A stretch of 64,000 bases of DNA from NCBI GenBank assembly GCA_035516375.1, contig DATJAK010000022.1:42116-106115 (forward strand), read 5' to 3'. This DNA comes from Bryobacteraceae bacterium. Its GTDB lineage: Bacteria > Acidobacteriota > Terriglobia > Bryobacterales > Bryobacteraceae. The translations under genes were made by a program, and so were the position numbers. The notes beneath the pieces are model-generated. The model was not told the origin of the DNA, ran no database searches, and was given only the letters and a program-made list of their open reading frames with translations. Of the stretch, positions 56,076 through 64,000 are shown one piece after another. The stretch's first letter is position 1. Each line of letters starts with the position of its first letter.

Positions 56076-56981
56076 ATGGGCGATGAACTACGCCGCTCCT
56101 GGATGTTTGTACCGGGCCACCGCCAAAAGATGATCGACAAGGCGCTTGGTCTGGCCCAGGTTGACGCCGTGATGCTGGATATCGAAGATGGCGTTCCTCA
56201 GCCGGAAAAGCAGACTGCCCGCCAGCAAATCGGGGCTTCTTTAAGCAAAGAGCGAAAGCCCGGAACCACTCCCGCGCGCTTCGTGCGAGTCAGCGCCGTG
56301 AGCTACGAACAAATCACGGCAGATCTGGCGCAGATCGTCCAGCCCGGGCTGGATGGACTGGCGTTACCGAAAGTCGAAACGACGCAGCAAATCCAGCTCG
56401 TGGATGCGATTTTGCGCGACCGCGAGCGGCAGATGGGCATCGCAGTTGGCAAGATCGCTTTGTTGATCGCGATCGAAAGTCCCCGAGGGTTGCTGAATGC
56501 GTACGGCATCGCCACTGCGTCGCCTCGCGTGACTGGATTGATGTTCGGAGCGGAAGATCTCGGCAAGGAACTCGGTCTCCCGTTTCGAAGAGAAGCGGAA
56601 GCATCGGAGATGCTGTTCCAAAGGTCTTCGCTGGTGGTTGCCGCGGCGGCCGCGAATGTTCAGGCCGTGGACGGCGTGTGGCCCGATCTGTCAGACGCCG
56701 AGGGACTCAAGCGGTATGCCCTGCAGTCTCGAAGGCTCGGGTTCAGCGGGATGTCGCTGATTCATCCCGGCCAGATCGAGACGATCAATCAGCTCTTCGG
56801 GCCGACGGCGGACGAAGTGGCCTATTGCCAAAAGGTCATCGAGGCATTCGATGCGGCGATTGCACGCGGCGACGGCTCTATTGCTTTCGGCGGTCAACTG
56901 ATCGATCTTCCGATTGTCGAGAGGGCAAAGCGCACCGTGGCGTTCGCGGCAAAACTTGGCGTGGCGACAGCAAGTTCTTGA
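56076..56981 (+). CDS. HpcH/HpaI-family CoA-ester lyase (citryl/malyl/citramalyl-CoA lyase-like)
   Basis: 301 aa. RSWMFVPG..., D.VMLDIEDGV, the IESPRG loop and FGAEDL are CitE-like signatures. Confidence 0.85.
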   Translation: MGDELRRSWMFVPGHRQKMIDKALGLAQVDAVMLDIEDGVPQPEKQTARQQIGASLSKERKPGTTPARFVRVSAVSYEQITADLAQIVQPGLDGLALPKVETTQQIQLVDAILRDRERQMGIAVGKIALLIAIESPRGLLNAYGIATASPRVTGLMFGAEDLGKELGLPFRREAEASEMLFQRSSLVVAAAAANVQAVDGVWPDLSDAEGLKRYALQSRRLGFSGMSLIHPGQIETINQLFGPTADEVAYCQKVIEAFDAAIARGDGSIAFGGQLIDLPIVERAKRTVAFAAKLGVATASS

Positions 56982-57015
56982 TCAAACAGGAGCCACAAGG
57001 AGGAGGATTATCAGA

Positions 57016-57522
57016 ATGGCCGTGAAACAGGGCTGGGAAGGACGCTACTTCGAGGACTTTGAAGTCGGCGATATTTACCGTTGCCGCCTGGGTAGGACCC
57101 TCACCGAAGCCGACAATACCTGGTTTACCCTGTTGACCAACAACACCAATCAAATCCATTTCAACACCGAGTACGCGAAGCGAACCGAGTATAAACGGCC
57201 TTTGATCAACAGCGCTCTGACGCTCGCGATCGTAGCAGGAATGGGCGTCGCGGATGTCAGCGAGAACGGCTTTGCCCTGGGATGGGATGAAATCAAATTG
57301 CCCAACCCGCTGTTTGCGGGTGATACGCTGTATTCCGAATCGGAAGTTCTGGAGAAGCGTGAGTCCAAGTCCCGCCCGCAGTGGGGCTTGGTCAAGGTGC
57401 GTACGCGCGGCGTCCAGCAGGAAGGCAAAATCGTAATCGACTACGCCCGAACGGTGATGGTCTGGAAGCGCGCCTTCGCTCCTTCACGCGATCTTTTCCC
57501 TACAATCGATGAATCCAAATAA
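57016..57522 (+). CDS. MaoC-family (R)-specific enoyl-CoA hydratase/dehydratase
   Basis: The start was moved to the ATG at 57016, which is preceded by AGGAGGA. FEDFEVGDIY....TLTEADNTWFTLLTNNTNQIHFN is the hotdog hydratase motif. Confidence 0.85.
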   Translation: MAVKQGWEGRYFEDFEVGDIYRCRLGRTLTEADNTWFTLLTNNTNQIHFNTEYAKRTEYKRPLINSALTLAIVAGMGVADVSENGFALGWDEIKLPNPLFAGDTLYSESEVLEKRESKSRPQWGLVKVRTRGVQQEGKIVIDYARTVMVWKRAFAPSRDLFPTIDESK

Positions 57523-58708
57523 CACCGATGAATCAGCTCTAGCCGGCGTCAAGGTTTTGGCGTTGGAGGTGTCGGTCTCCGGCCCCCACTGCACCCGCAT
57601 TTTGGGGGACATGGGTGCGGATGTCATCAAGATCGAGAAGCCCAAAGACGGAGATTTGATCCGCCACTGGGACAGCGCTGTCCGCGGATTATCGTCGGGC
57701 TATGTGTGGCTCAACTACAACAAGCGCAGCTTCGCTCTGGACCTGAAGAAGCCCGCTGGATTAGAAATACTTCAGCGCCTGGTCAAGACCGTTGACGTGT
57801 TCGTCGAAAACTTCGCGCCGGGCGTGGCCGCAAGATTAGGGCTGGGATATGACGAGCTGAGTGCCATTAATCCTCGATTGATTTATTGCTCGATTTCAGG
57901 ATACGGCCAGGGGGGGCCCTATAAGGACGTAAAGGCATACGACCTGCTGATTCAAGGCGAGGCCGGCATTATCGCCACCACCGGCTCCGAAAACCAGCCG
58001 GCCAAAGTGAGTGTTCCGATTGCCGATTTAGCGTGCTCGATGTATGCGGTCACGGGCATACTTACGGCTTTGTATCAAAGGCAAAGGACCGGCCGGGGGC
58101 AGTATCTCGATATTTCGATGTTCGAATCCATTCTGGCCTGGCAAGGATATTTTCTGCAACATTATTGGCACCAGGGCGAGGAGCCTGTGCGCGTCGGATT
58201 CCGCCATCATTACGTCACTCCCTACGGACCTTTTCTGGCTGGCGATGGAGTGTATGTGAGCTTCGCCGTGGCGACGCGGCAGGATTGGGAAATATTTTGC
58301 CGCGAAGTAATCGAGCGGCCAGACTTTCTGGAAGACGCGCGGTTCCAGACGTCGGAATTACGCCGGAAGAATCGGGCGGTTCTCGAGCAAATGATCGACG
58401 AGATCTTTCTGCAGCGAAACCATGAAGAGTGGCTGGTCCGGTTAGAGAAGAGCCGTTTGCCTTATGGCGAAGTGAGAAGCATCGCGCAGGTGGCGGCTCA
58501 TCCGCAAGTGTCTGCTCGTGGGATGATTCGCGAAGTGGATTCCCCGGTTGGACGGATTCCTGTCACTTCCAGTCCCCTGCGCCTATCGGATAGTCCTGCC
58601 AGATTCGATCCGATTCCTTCGTTGGGTGAGAACACTGAATCGATTCTTCTCGACCTTGGTTACAGTAAGGAAGAGATTCAGACCATGCGCGATGAGAAGG
58701 TGATTTGA
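57509..58708 (+). CDS. CaiB/BaiF-family (class III) CoA-transferase
   Basis: 399 aa. LAGVKVLALEVSVSGPHCTRILGDMGADVIKIE and the catalytic-Asp region (ADLACSMYAVTG) support the call. It overlaps the MaoC gene by 14 nt. Confidence 0.9.
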   Translation: MNPNNTDESALAGVKVLALEVSVSGPHCTRILGDMGADVIKIEKPKDGDLIRHWDSAVRGLSSGYVWLNYNKRSFALDLKKPAGLEILQRLVKTVDVFVENFAPGVAARLGLGYDELSAINPRLIYCSISGYGQGGPYKDVKAYDLLIQGEAGIIATTGSENQPAKVSVPIADLACSMYAVTGILTALYQRQRTGRGQYLDISMFESILAWQGYFLQHYWHQGEEPVRVGFRHHYVTPYGPFLAGDGVYVSFAVATRQDWEIFCREVIERPDFLEDARFQTSELRRKNRAVLEQMIDEIFLQRNHEEWLVRLEKSRLPYGEVRSIAQVAAHPQVSARGMIREVDSPVGRIPVTSSPLRLSDSPARFDPIPSLGENTESILLDLGYSKEEIQTMRDEKVI

Positions 58709-58750
58709 TCGTGAGTCTCGGATGGGCTGCGGAGCCGGGAGTTCAGGACT

Positions 58751-59548
58751 TCATCTCAAGTACACACGTCCGGGATCGATCTCTTCCCGCAATAGCCGGA
58801 GTTCCTCTTTCGTCGGTAAGGGAGTGAGGGGCACCGGCTCAGGTATCTGGAGTGGAAACCCTGTGTTTTCCAATAACTGTTCGACTGCGACGCCTGGGTG
58901 CATGGAAACCAATGACGCCGTCCGTGAAGCATTATCAAACCCGAAAACAGCCATATCGGTGATGACGCGGTGCGGTCCGCCGCCGCGCAGGCCCAATTGC
59001 TCCCGGCTGCGGCCGTTTACGAAGCCCGGACTGGTGAGATAGGCTACGAGATTCGGCAGCTTGCGTTTTCCCGCGCGCACGATAATGACAACGCGTTTGG
59101 CGAGCGACGCTACATCATTGCCGCCGGCGCTGCCGTTGAAATAATGCACCTTCCCGTCGTGGTCTTTCGTCAGCGTCGTATTTACGTTGCCGAAACGATC
59201 GACCTCCAATCCGCCAATAAAACCGACATCGACCACGCCGCGGTGCAGATTCATGCCGAGCGTATCGAGAAATCCGCTCCAGCAGGTGGCGCGGTAAAAA
59301 ATCCTGGAATCGGCCAGGCCCACGGGCGTGTCGACCGGTTCCATACCGGCGACACCGATCTCCAGCAATAGACTCAATCGAGGCGCATGCGTTCGCCGCG
59401 CCAGGACACAAGCGACCTGCGGGAGACCGATTCCCACGACGGCGATTTCACCGTCCTGCACTTCTTTCGACGCCGCGGTCACCATAATCTCGCTCGCGGT
59501 GATGTCGGAGAGTTGCTGTTCCATGACCTCGGTGGAAGTCGGTGGCAT
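58751..59548 (-). CDS. CoA-transferase subunit B (class I, glutaconate/3-oxoacid type)
   Basis: 265 aa with typical beta-subunit features (VVGIGLPQ..., LLLEIG...). It lies immediately downstream of the subunit A gene. Confidence 0.8.
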   Translation of the reverse strand: MPPTSTEVMEQQLSDITASEIMVTAASKEVQDGEIAVVGIGLPQVACVLARRTHAPRLSLLLEIGVAGMEPVDTPVGLADSRIFYRATCWSGFLDTLGMNLHRGVVDVGFIGGLEVDRFGNVNTTLTKDHDGKVHYFNGSAGGNDVASLAKRVVIIVRAGKRKLPNLVAYLTSPGFVNGRSREQLGLRGGGPHRVITDMAVFGFDNASRTASLVSMHPGVAVEQLLENTGFPLQIPEPVPLTPLPTKEELRLLREEIDPGRVYLR

Positions 59549-59559
59549 AGATGTATCTC

Positions 59560-60462
59560 CTAATAGCCGAAAATCGCCTCGGCCTTAATCTCATTCATGC
59601 GGCGCAAGCCGCCAACTTTCTCCAGGTACTCCCAGTGATCGCGCGTACCAAGCACATAATTCTGCAAATACTCACTCATTTTCTCGGGAGTCTTATGGTG
59701 CTCGGCATACAATTTCAGGTGTTCTGAGTCATAGTCATAGCATCCGAAAACCCCCGTCGGATGGCCGCCGAAAGGCTGATGAACCACTGCTTCTACACGG
59801 TGGCCGGCGATGATGGTCCGCTCCGGCGAGCGTTGAATGTACTCTGTGGGGACCAGTTCCTCGGTGACAATAAACAATCTCTTGCCAGCCTTTGCTTGTT
59901 CCTCATTTTCCCAGCGAGGACCATGAATCCAGCAATTCCCGCTGCGATCCGAGACCTGAACGTGGACCACTGACACGTCCGGTGTGATCCCTCGCAGGAA
60001 AACAAACTCCTCGCCTGTGAACGGACACTTTCCGCGCCGGAGATAGTCGGGCGCCGCGGACTCGAGGTGTTCCATCATTTCGGAGGCCAACAGGGACTTG
60101 ATCGGTATGAAGGAGATGCCCAAAGCTCCCGCCAGATATCCAAAGGCGAGCGAGAGACTGCTCGAGTCGATGTGGATCAATGTACCGTTGTCTCGCGCGC
60201 GATTGATGCAGCGGACGGGGCCGAAGCGGTCGAGGGAGCCGCCTCCCACGATCAGTTTCGATACCAGACCGGCGCCGACGATCAGGTCCGTTTCCATGCC
60301 CATCACGCCCTGCGACAGCGTGAGGTTTTTCTTCTGCTGCCGGATGATTTCGTGCGCGAATACGATGGCGTTGCGTGCGATCGCAAACCCACCCAGCGCT
60401 ATGTGTGAGCCGTCGGGGATGCTACGGACAACCTCCGCAATACTTTTAACTTTATCAGTCAC
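59560..60462 (-). CDS. CoA-transferase subunit A (class I)
   Basis: SIAEVVRSIPDGSHIALGGF... is the typical alpha-subunit N-terminus. The start was placed at GTG 60460-60462 with GGGGAGA upstream. The ATG at 60537 is an alternative start. Confidence 0.75.
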   Translation of the reverse strand: MTDKVKSIAEVVRSIPDGSHIALGGFAIARNAIVFAHEIIRQQKKNLTLSQGVMGMETDLIVGAGLVSKLIVGGGSLDRFGPVRCINRARDNGTLIHIDSSSLSLAFGYLAGALGISFIPIKSLLASEMMEHLESAAPDYLRRGKCPFTGEEFVFLRGITPDVSVVHVQVSDRSGNCWIHGPRWENEEQAKAGKRLFIVTEELVPTEYIQRSPERTIIAGHRVEAVVHQPFGGHPTGVFGCYDYDSEHLKLYAEHHKTPEKMSEYLQNYVLGTRDHWEYLEKVGGLRRMNEIKAEAIFGY

Positions 60463-60645
60463 GTTTTCAGATCTCCCCGAGAGAGGCGGCGCGTTTCGAG
60501 TGTCCGTCGTGCTGACCTTTATCGCGCGGAACCTCAAACATTCTAATGATCGAGGTGGTGACTGTCAACAGGATGGAACGGTTAAAGGCGGGCCGTGATA
60601 AAATAGGCATCGCCGTAACGGGACCTGCGCACGGATATTGAAGGC

Positions 60646-61200
60646 ATGGCAAAGAAACCGATCACGAAGAAGGGCAAACGTAAGCCGGAGAAAGCGCACA
60701 TCAACTTGCATGTGAACGGCGAGCCGGTCGAAGTAGCTTTTGCCCCGCACAAGACGCTCCTGGAAGTGCTGCGCGAGGACCTGGGACTCACGGGCACGAA
60801 ACACGGCTGCGAGCTGGGTGAGTGTGGATGCTGCGCAGTGCTGGTGGACGGGCGGCCTGTCCTTTCCTGTTTGGCCCTGGGAATCGCTGTGGAAGGGCAC
60901 GAAGTCGCAACGGTCGAAGGGATGGCGGAGGGGAACAAGCTTCATCCATTACAGGCAGCGTTCGCCGATCTGGGAGCCGCGCAGTGCGGATATTGCACGC
61001 CTGGGATGCTCCTGACAGCAAAAGCCTTGCTAGAGCAGGTCCCGCGGCCTTCGCGCGATCAGATCAAGGCGGCTCTGGCGGGAAACATTTGCCGCTGTAC
61101 CGGCTACACCAAGATCTTCGAGGCAGTGGAGTTAGCCGCCGCCTGGATGGCTGGCGAGCAGGCGGAAGCTGCCAAGGAGAGTGTTTATGGCTGGCAATAA
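60646..61200 (+). CDS. (2Fe-2S)-binding small subunit of a xanthine-dehydrogenase-family molybdoenzyme
   Basis: 184 aa. It has two Fe-S motifs, GCELGECGCCAV and CGYCTPGM...CRCTGY. Confidence 0.9.
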   Translation: MAKKPITKKGKRKPEKAHINLHVNGEPVEVAFAPHKTLLEVLREDLGLTGTKHGCELGECGCCAVLVDGRPVLSCLALGIAVEGHEVATVEGMAEGNKLHPLQAAFADLGAAQCGYCTPGMLLTAKALLEQVPRPSRDQIKAALAGNICRCTGYTKIFEAVELAAAWMAGEQAEAAKESVYGWQ

Positions 61201-63628
61201 CGGCAGCAGAAAAGCCGGCCTGCGGGTGGTGGGCAGGCCCTTCCGCAAGGTGGACGTCACAGCGAAGTGCACGGGAGAGACGAAGTACGCGGATGACATC
61301 GTGTTCCCGCGAATGCTTCACACCAAGCTGTTTCGCAGCACCGTGCCCCACGCGATCATTCTGAAGATCGATACTTCTAAAGCAGAGAGTTATCCCGGCG
61401 TCAAGGCAGTGCTCACGGGAAAAGATTTGCCGGCGGCGTATGGGGCCATGCCCGTCAGCGAGGATGAACACGCTCTGGCGATCGGCAAAGTCCGGATGGT
61501 TGGCGAGCCGGTAGCCGCCATAGCTGCGGTGGATGAGGATGTCGCGACCGAAGCCTTAGAGCTCATAGAAGTCGAATATGAGCTTCTCCCCACGATTTCC
61601 TCCATGCAGAGCGCGCTGGAACACAACGAGCCTCGGGTCCACGATCATGGCGAATTCGGTAACGTCCACCGGAGACAAGTGTATGAATTCGGCGACATGG
61701 ACGCGGGCTTCGCCGAGGCCGATTTCATCCGGGAAGACCTGACGTTCTACGAAGGCAGCACCCATCTGGCTCTGGAACAACATGCCAGCGTCGCCAATTT
61801 CAGTCACGACGGCAAGCTCACCCTCTACACATGCACCCAGGACCTGCACTACCTGCATAAGGCGCTGGTCAAAGTGCTGGGGCTCCCCGCCAGCCACGTT
61901 CACGTGATCGCCACACCGAATGGAGGAGGCTTTGGAGGCAAGTGCGATCCGTTCCAGCATGAGATCGTGGTCTCCAAGCTGGCGATGATCCTCGGGCGTC
62001 CTGTCAAGATCTGTTTGACGCGTGAGGAGGTCTTCTACTGTCACCGGGGACGGCATCCAGTTCTAATGTCGACCAAGACCGGGTTTAAGAAGGACGGCTC
62101 CATCACCGCGATGCACCATCGCTCGATTCTGGACGGCGGAGCCTACGGCGGCTTGGGCGTCGCCAGCACCTTTTACACGGGAACATTTCAGACCACTACC
62201 TACGAAATCCCGCGGTTTAAAGTCGAAGCAGTACGAGTGTTCACGAACAAGGCTCCCTGCGGTCCAAAGCGGGGAAATGGGACCCCTCAGCCGCGCTTCG
62301 CTCAGGAAGTCCAGATGGACAAGATCGCCGAGCAGTTGGGGCTTGACCCAGCCGACATGCGGAAGCAGCATCTGGTCCAGCCTGATTCGACAGTCGCGAA
62401 TTGGATCCGCATAGGGACCATGGGCCTGCGCAAGTGCATTGACAAAGTGGTGGAAGGCTCCCGGTGGAACGAGCGGTTCCGCAAGCTTCCCTACGGCAAG
62501 GGGATCGGGTTGGCATGCAGCGGCTACATGACCGGAGCCCAGACTCCCATTTACTGGAACAACATGCCGCATTCCGGCGTGCAGTTGAAAGTGGATCGGG
62601 GCGGAGGCGTGACCGTTTATTGCGGCTCGGCGGAAATCGGTCAGGGTTCCGATTCGATTCTGGCGTACATTGTGGCCGAGGTATTGGGAATCGATCCTTT
62701 CGACATACGCGTGGTAACCGCCGATACGGATCTTACTCCCGTGGATCTAGGCAGCTACTCCAGCCGCGTTACGCTCATGACGGGAAATGCCGCCATCCAG
62801 GCCGCGGAGCGCGCCAAGGACTTATTGAGCCAGGCGGTTTCTGAAAAACTGGGGGTTCCTGCCGAGCGGCTGTGCTTTGCGGATCGTCGCGTTTTCGACT
62901 CTGAGAATCCGGAGAAAACCCAGTCCTTTATTGAGGCTGTGTGGCTGGCCGAGACGAAGTTCGGCACGCTCGGGACAGTCGGCTCGTACAAGCCGCCGGC
63001 GGGTCAGGGAAAATTCAAGGGCTCCGGCATCGGTCCTTCGCCCGCGTTCAGTTATACTGCGGCTGTCGCGGAAGTCGAGGTGAATCCGGAAACGGGCATT
63101 GTGGTGGTGCCGCGCATGTGGATTGCGCACGATGTGGGCCAGTGCATCAATCCTGTCCTGGTGATGGGTCAAGTGGAAGGCAGCGTCTATATGGGCCTGG
63201 GCGAAGCCCTGATGGAAGAGATGACGTACCGCGGAAACCGGAATGTGGTTCACAAGTTCCCTTCTTTCCTCGAATACAAAAGCCCGACCGCGCTGGAGAT
63301 GTGCGATGTTATCACGTACTTGATAGAAAATGGCGACTCAAATGGGCCGTTCGGAGCGAAAGAAGCGGGACAAGGGCCACAATTACCGGTTCCACCCGCG
63401 ATCGCCAACGCTATTTATGATGCAGTGGGAGTTCGAATCGACGAAGTTCCGATCACGCCCGACAAAGTGTTAAAAGCGATCCGGGCGAAGGCCAAAGGTG
63501 AGGAAGGAAGGTACGGGCCAGCAAAGTTCCTGCACTGCGATATGCCCGCCCCGATTTTCGTACCGACACCGGCGGAAGGCGGAGATGGTAAGCCGTTACA
63601 ACGCGAACCTGCCCTCGCCCAAAAATAG
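61187..63628 (+). CDS. molybdopterin-binding large subunit of a xanthine-dehydrogenase/aldehyde-oxidase-family enzyme
   Basis: ~813 aa. KVTG...YADD, GGGFGGK, an Ald_Xan_dh_C2-like C-terminus and GAKEAGQG near the end support the call. The ATG at 61187 overlaps the small-subunit stop. Confidence 0.9.
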   Translation: MAGNNGSRKAGLRVVGRPFRKVDVTAKCTGETKYADDIVFPRMLHTKLFRSTVPHAIILKIDTSKAESYPGVKAVLTGKDLPAAYGAMPVSEDEHALAIGKVRMVGEPVAAIAAVDEDVATEALELIEVEYELLPTISSMQSALEHNEPRVHDHGEFGNVHRRQVYEFGDMDAGFAEADFIREDLTFYEGSTHLALEQHASVANFSHDGKLTLYTCTQDLHYLHKALVKVLGLPASHVHVIATPNGGGFGGKCDPFQHEIVVSKLAMILGRPVKICLTREEVFYCHRGRHPVLMSTKTGFKKDGSITAMHHRSILDGGAYGGLGVASTFYTGTFQTTTYEIPRFKVEAVRVFTNKAPCGPKRGNGTPQPRFAQEVQMDKIAEQLGLDPADMRKQHLVQPDSTVANWIRIGTMGLRKCIDKVVEGSRWNERFRKLPYGKGIGLACSGYMTGAQTPIYWNNMPHSGVQLKVDRGGGVTVYCGSAEIGQGSDSILAYIVAEVLGIDPFDIRVVTADTDLTPVDLGSYSSRVTLMTGNAAIQAAERAKDLLSQAVSEKLGVPAERLCFADRRVFDSENPEKTQSFIEAVWLAETKFGTLGTVGSYKPPAGQGKFKGSGIGPSPAFSYTAAVAEVEVNPETGIVVVPRMWIAHDVGQCINPVLVMGQVEGSVYMGLGEALMEEMTYRGNRNVVHKFPSFLEYKSPTALEMCDVITYLIENGDSNGPFGAKEAGQGPQLPVPPAIANAIYDAVGVRIDEVPITPDKVLKAIRAKAKGEEGRYGPAKFLHCDMPAPIFVPTPAEGGDGKPLQREPALAQK

Positions 63629-63668
63629 AGTGCTGCAAATCGATTAACCCGCAGAGTGATCATCTCGA

Positions 63669-64000
63669 ATGCTGAGACTTCCTCGATTCCGTTATCTCCA
63701 ACCAGCCTCGCTGTCCGAGGCTGTGCGCATGATGTCGGATTTAGGACCGGATGCGATGTACGTAGCCGGCGGCACGGACCTTTATCCGAATATGAAGCGC
63801 CGGCAGCAGATGCCGAAGGTTGTTATCGGGCTGTCGCAGCTTAAGCAACTCCGTGCCATGAAGGGCAAGCCGGCGGGAGGGATCGTCCTGGGCGCGGGTC
63901 TCACGCTGACCGATGTCACCGATGACCGCAGCATCCAGCATTCCTACCGAGCGGTCGCGAAAGCCGCCGAGTTAATCTCTACACCGCTGCTGCGCAACAT
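63669..64000 (+). CDS. FAD-binding (PCMH-type) medium subunit of the same molybdoenzyme; open at the right window edge
   Basis: Not in the ORF track. My translation from the ATG at 63669 is MLRLPRFRYLQPASLSEAVRMMSDLGPDAMYVAGGTDLYPNMKRRQQMPKVVIGLSQLKQL...GAGLTLTDV.... This is the typical CoxM/HcrB-type FAD-binding N-terminus. Confidence 0.8.
   Translation, partial: MLRLPRFRYLQPASLSEAVRMMSDLGPDAMYVAGGTDLYPNMKRRQQMPKVVIGLSQLKQLRAMKGKPAGGIVLGAGLTLTDVTDDRSIQHSYRAVAKAAELISTPLLRN

Overview
High-GC (~60-65%) bacterial chromosome segment. The gene content looks acidobacterial (Solibacter/Bryobacter-like), but this is inference only: a PadR gene followed by an ADOP-type duplicated permease, a 1279-aa CarboxypepD_reg-type TonB-receptor-like protein, several CRTAC1/ASPIC-UnbV FG-GAP proteins and many TPR proteins.

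Layout:
- 0-10.5 kb: housekeeping and regulatory genes (glpK, gap, an MBL hydrolase, TPR proteins, a PD40 propeller, a PAS-sigma54 activator).
- 10.5-14.6 kb: a putative sigma54-dependent operon. It encodes a 9-heme cytochrome fused to a b-type cytochrome domain (CbcL-like architecture) and a second membrane multiheme cytochrome.
- 14.6-21.3 kb: Ada, a rhodanese, a TPR protein and the giant outer-membrane receptor.
- 21.5-32.7 kb: a tightly overlapping operon of a TPR lipoprotein, a TPR/FG-GAP/UnbV protein, a 5-heme cytochrome-TPR protein, a CRTAC1 protein and an AhpD-like gene. The AhpD-like gene has an in-frame TGA at its CxxC motif plus a SECIS-like hairpin, so it is a selenoprotein candidate.
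- 33.3-43.7 kb: a decayed mobile-element graveyard. It holds a tRNA 3'-end att remnant, a P450 bracketed by 52-bp direct repeats, a ParB-methyltransferase, terminase small and large subunits, an Ec67-like reverse transcriptase-Toprim fusion, a frameshifted M24 peptidase and a tyrosine integrase.
- 43.8-49.7 kb: secreted proteins, a ribokinase with a sugar transporter, a serpin and a SnoaL-like protein.
- 49.7-52.6 kb: a low-GC islet carrying an alpha/beta hydrolase with a perfect 3 x 14-nt tandem repeat upstream.
- 52.9-64 kb: cofE and an F420-type LLM oxidoreductase, a C4/C5-dicarboxyl-CoA cluster (acyl-CoA dehydrogenase, CoA-ester lyase, MaoC hydratase, CaiB transferase), CoA-transferase A/B, and a small-large-medium xanthine-dehydrogenase-family molybdoenzyme that runs off the right edge.

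No rRNA gene, intact tRNA gene or CRISPR array was seen. All calls come from reading the translations and sequence by eye. No database search was run.
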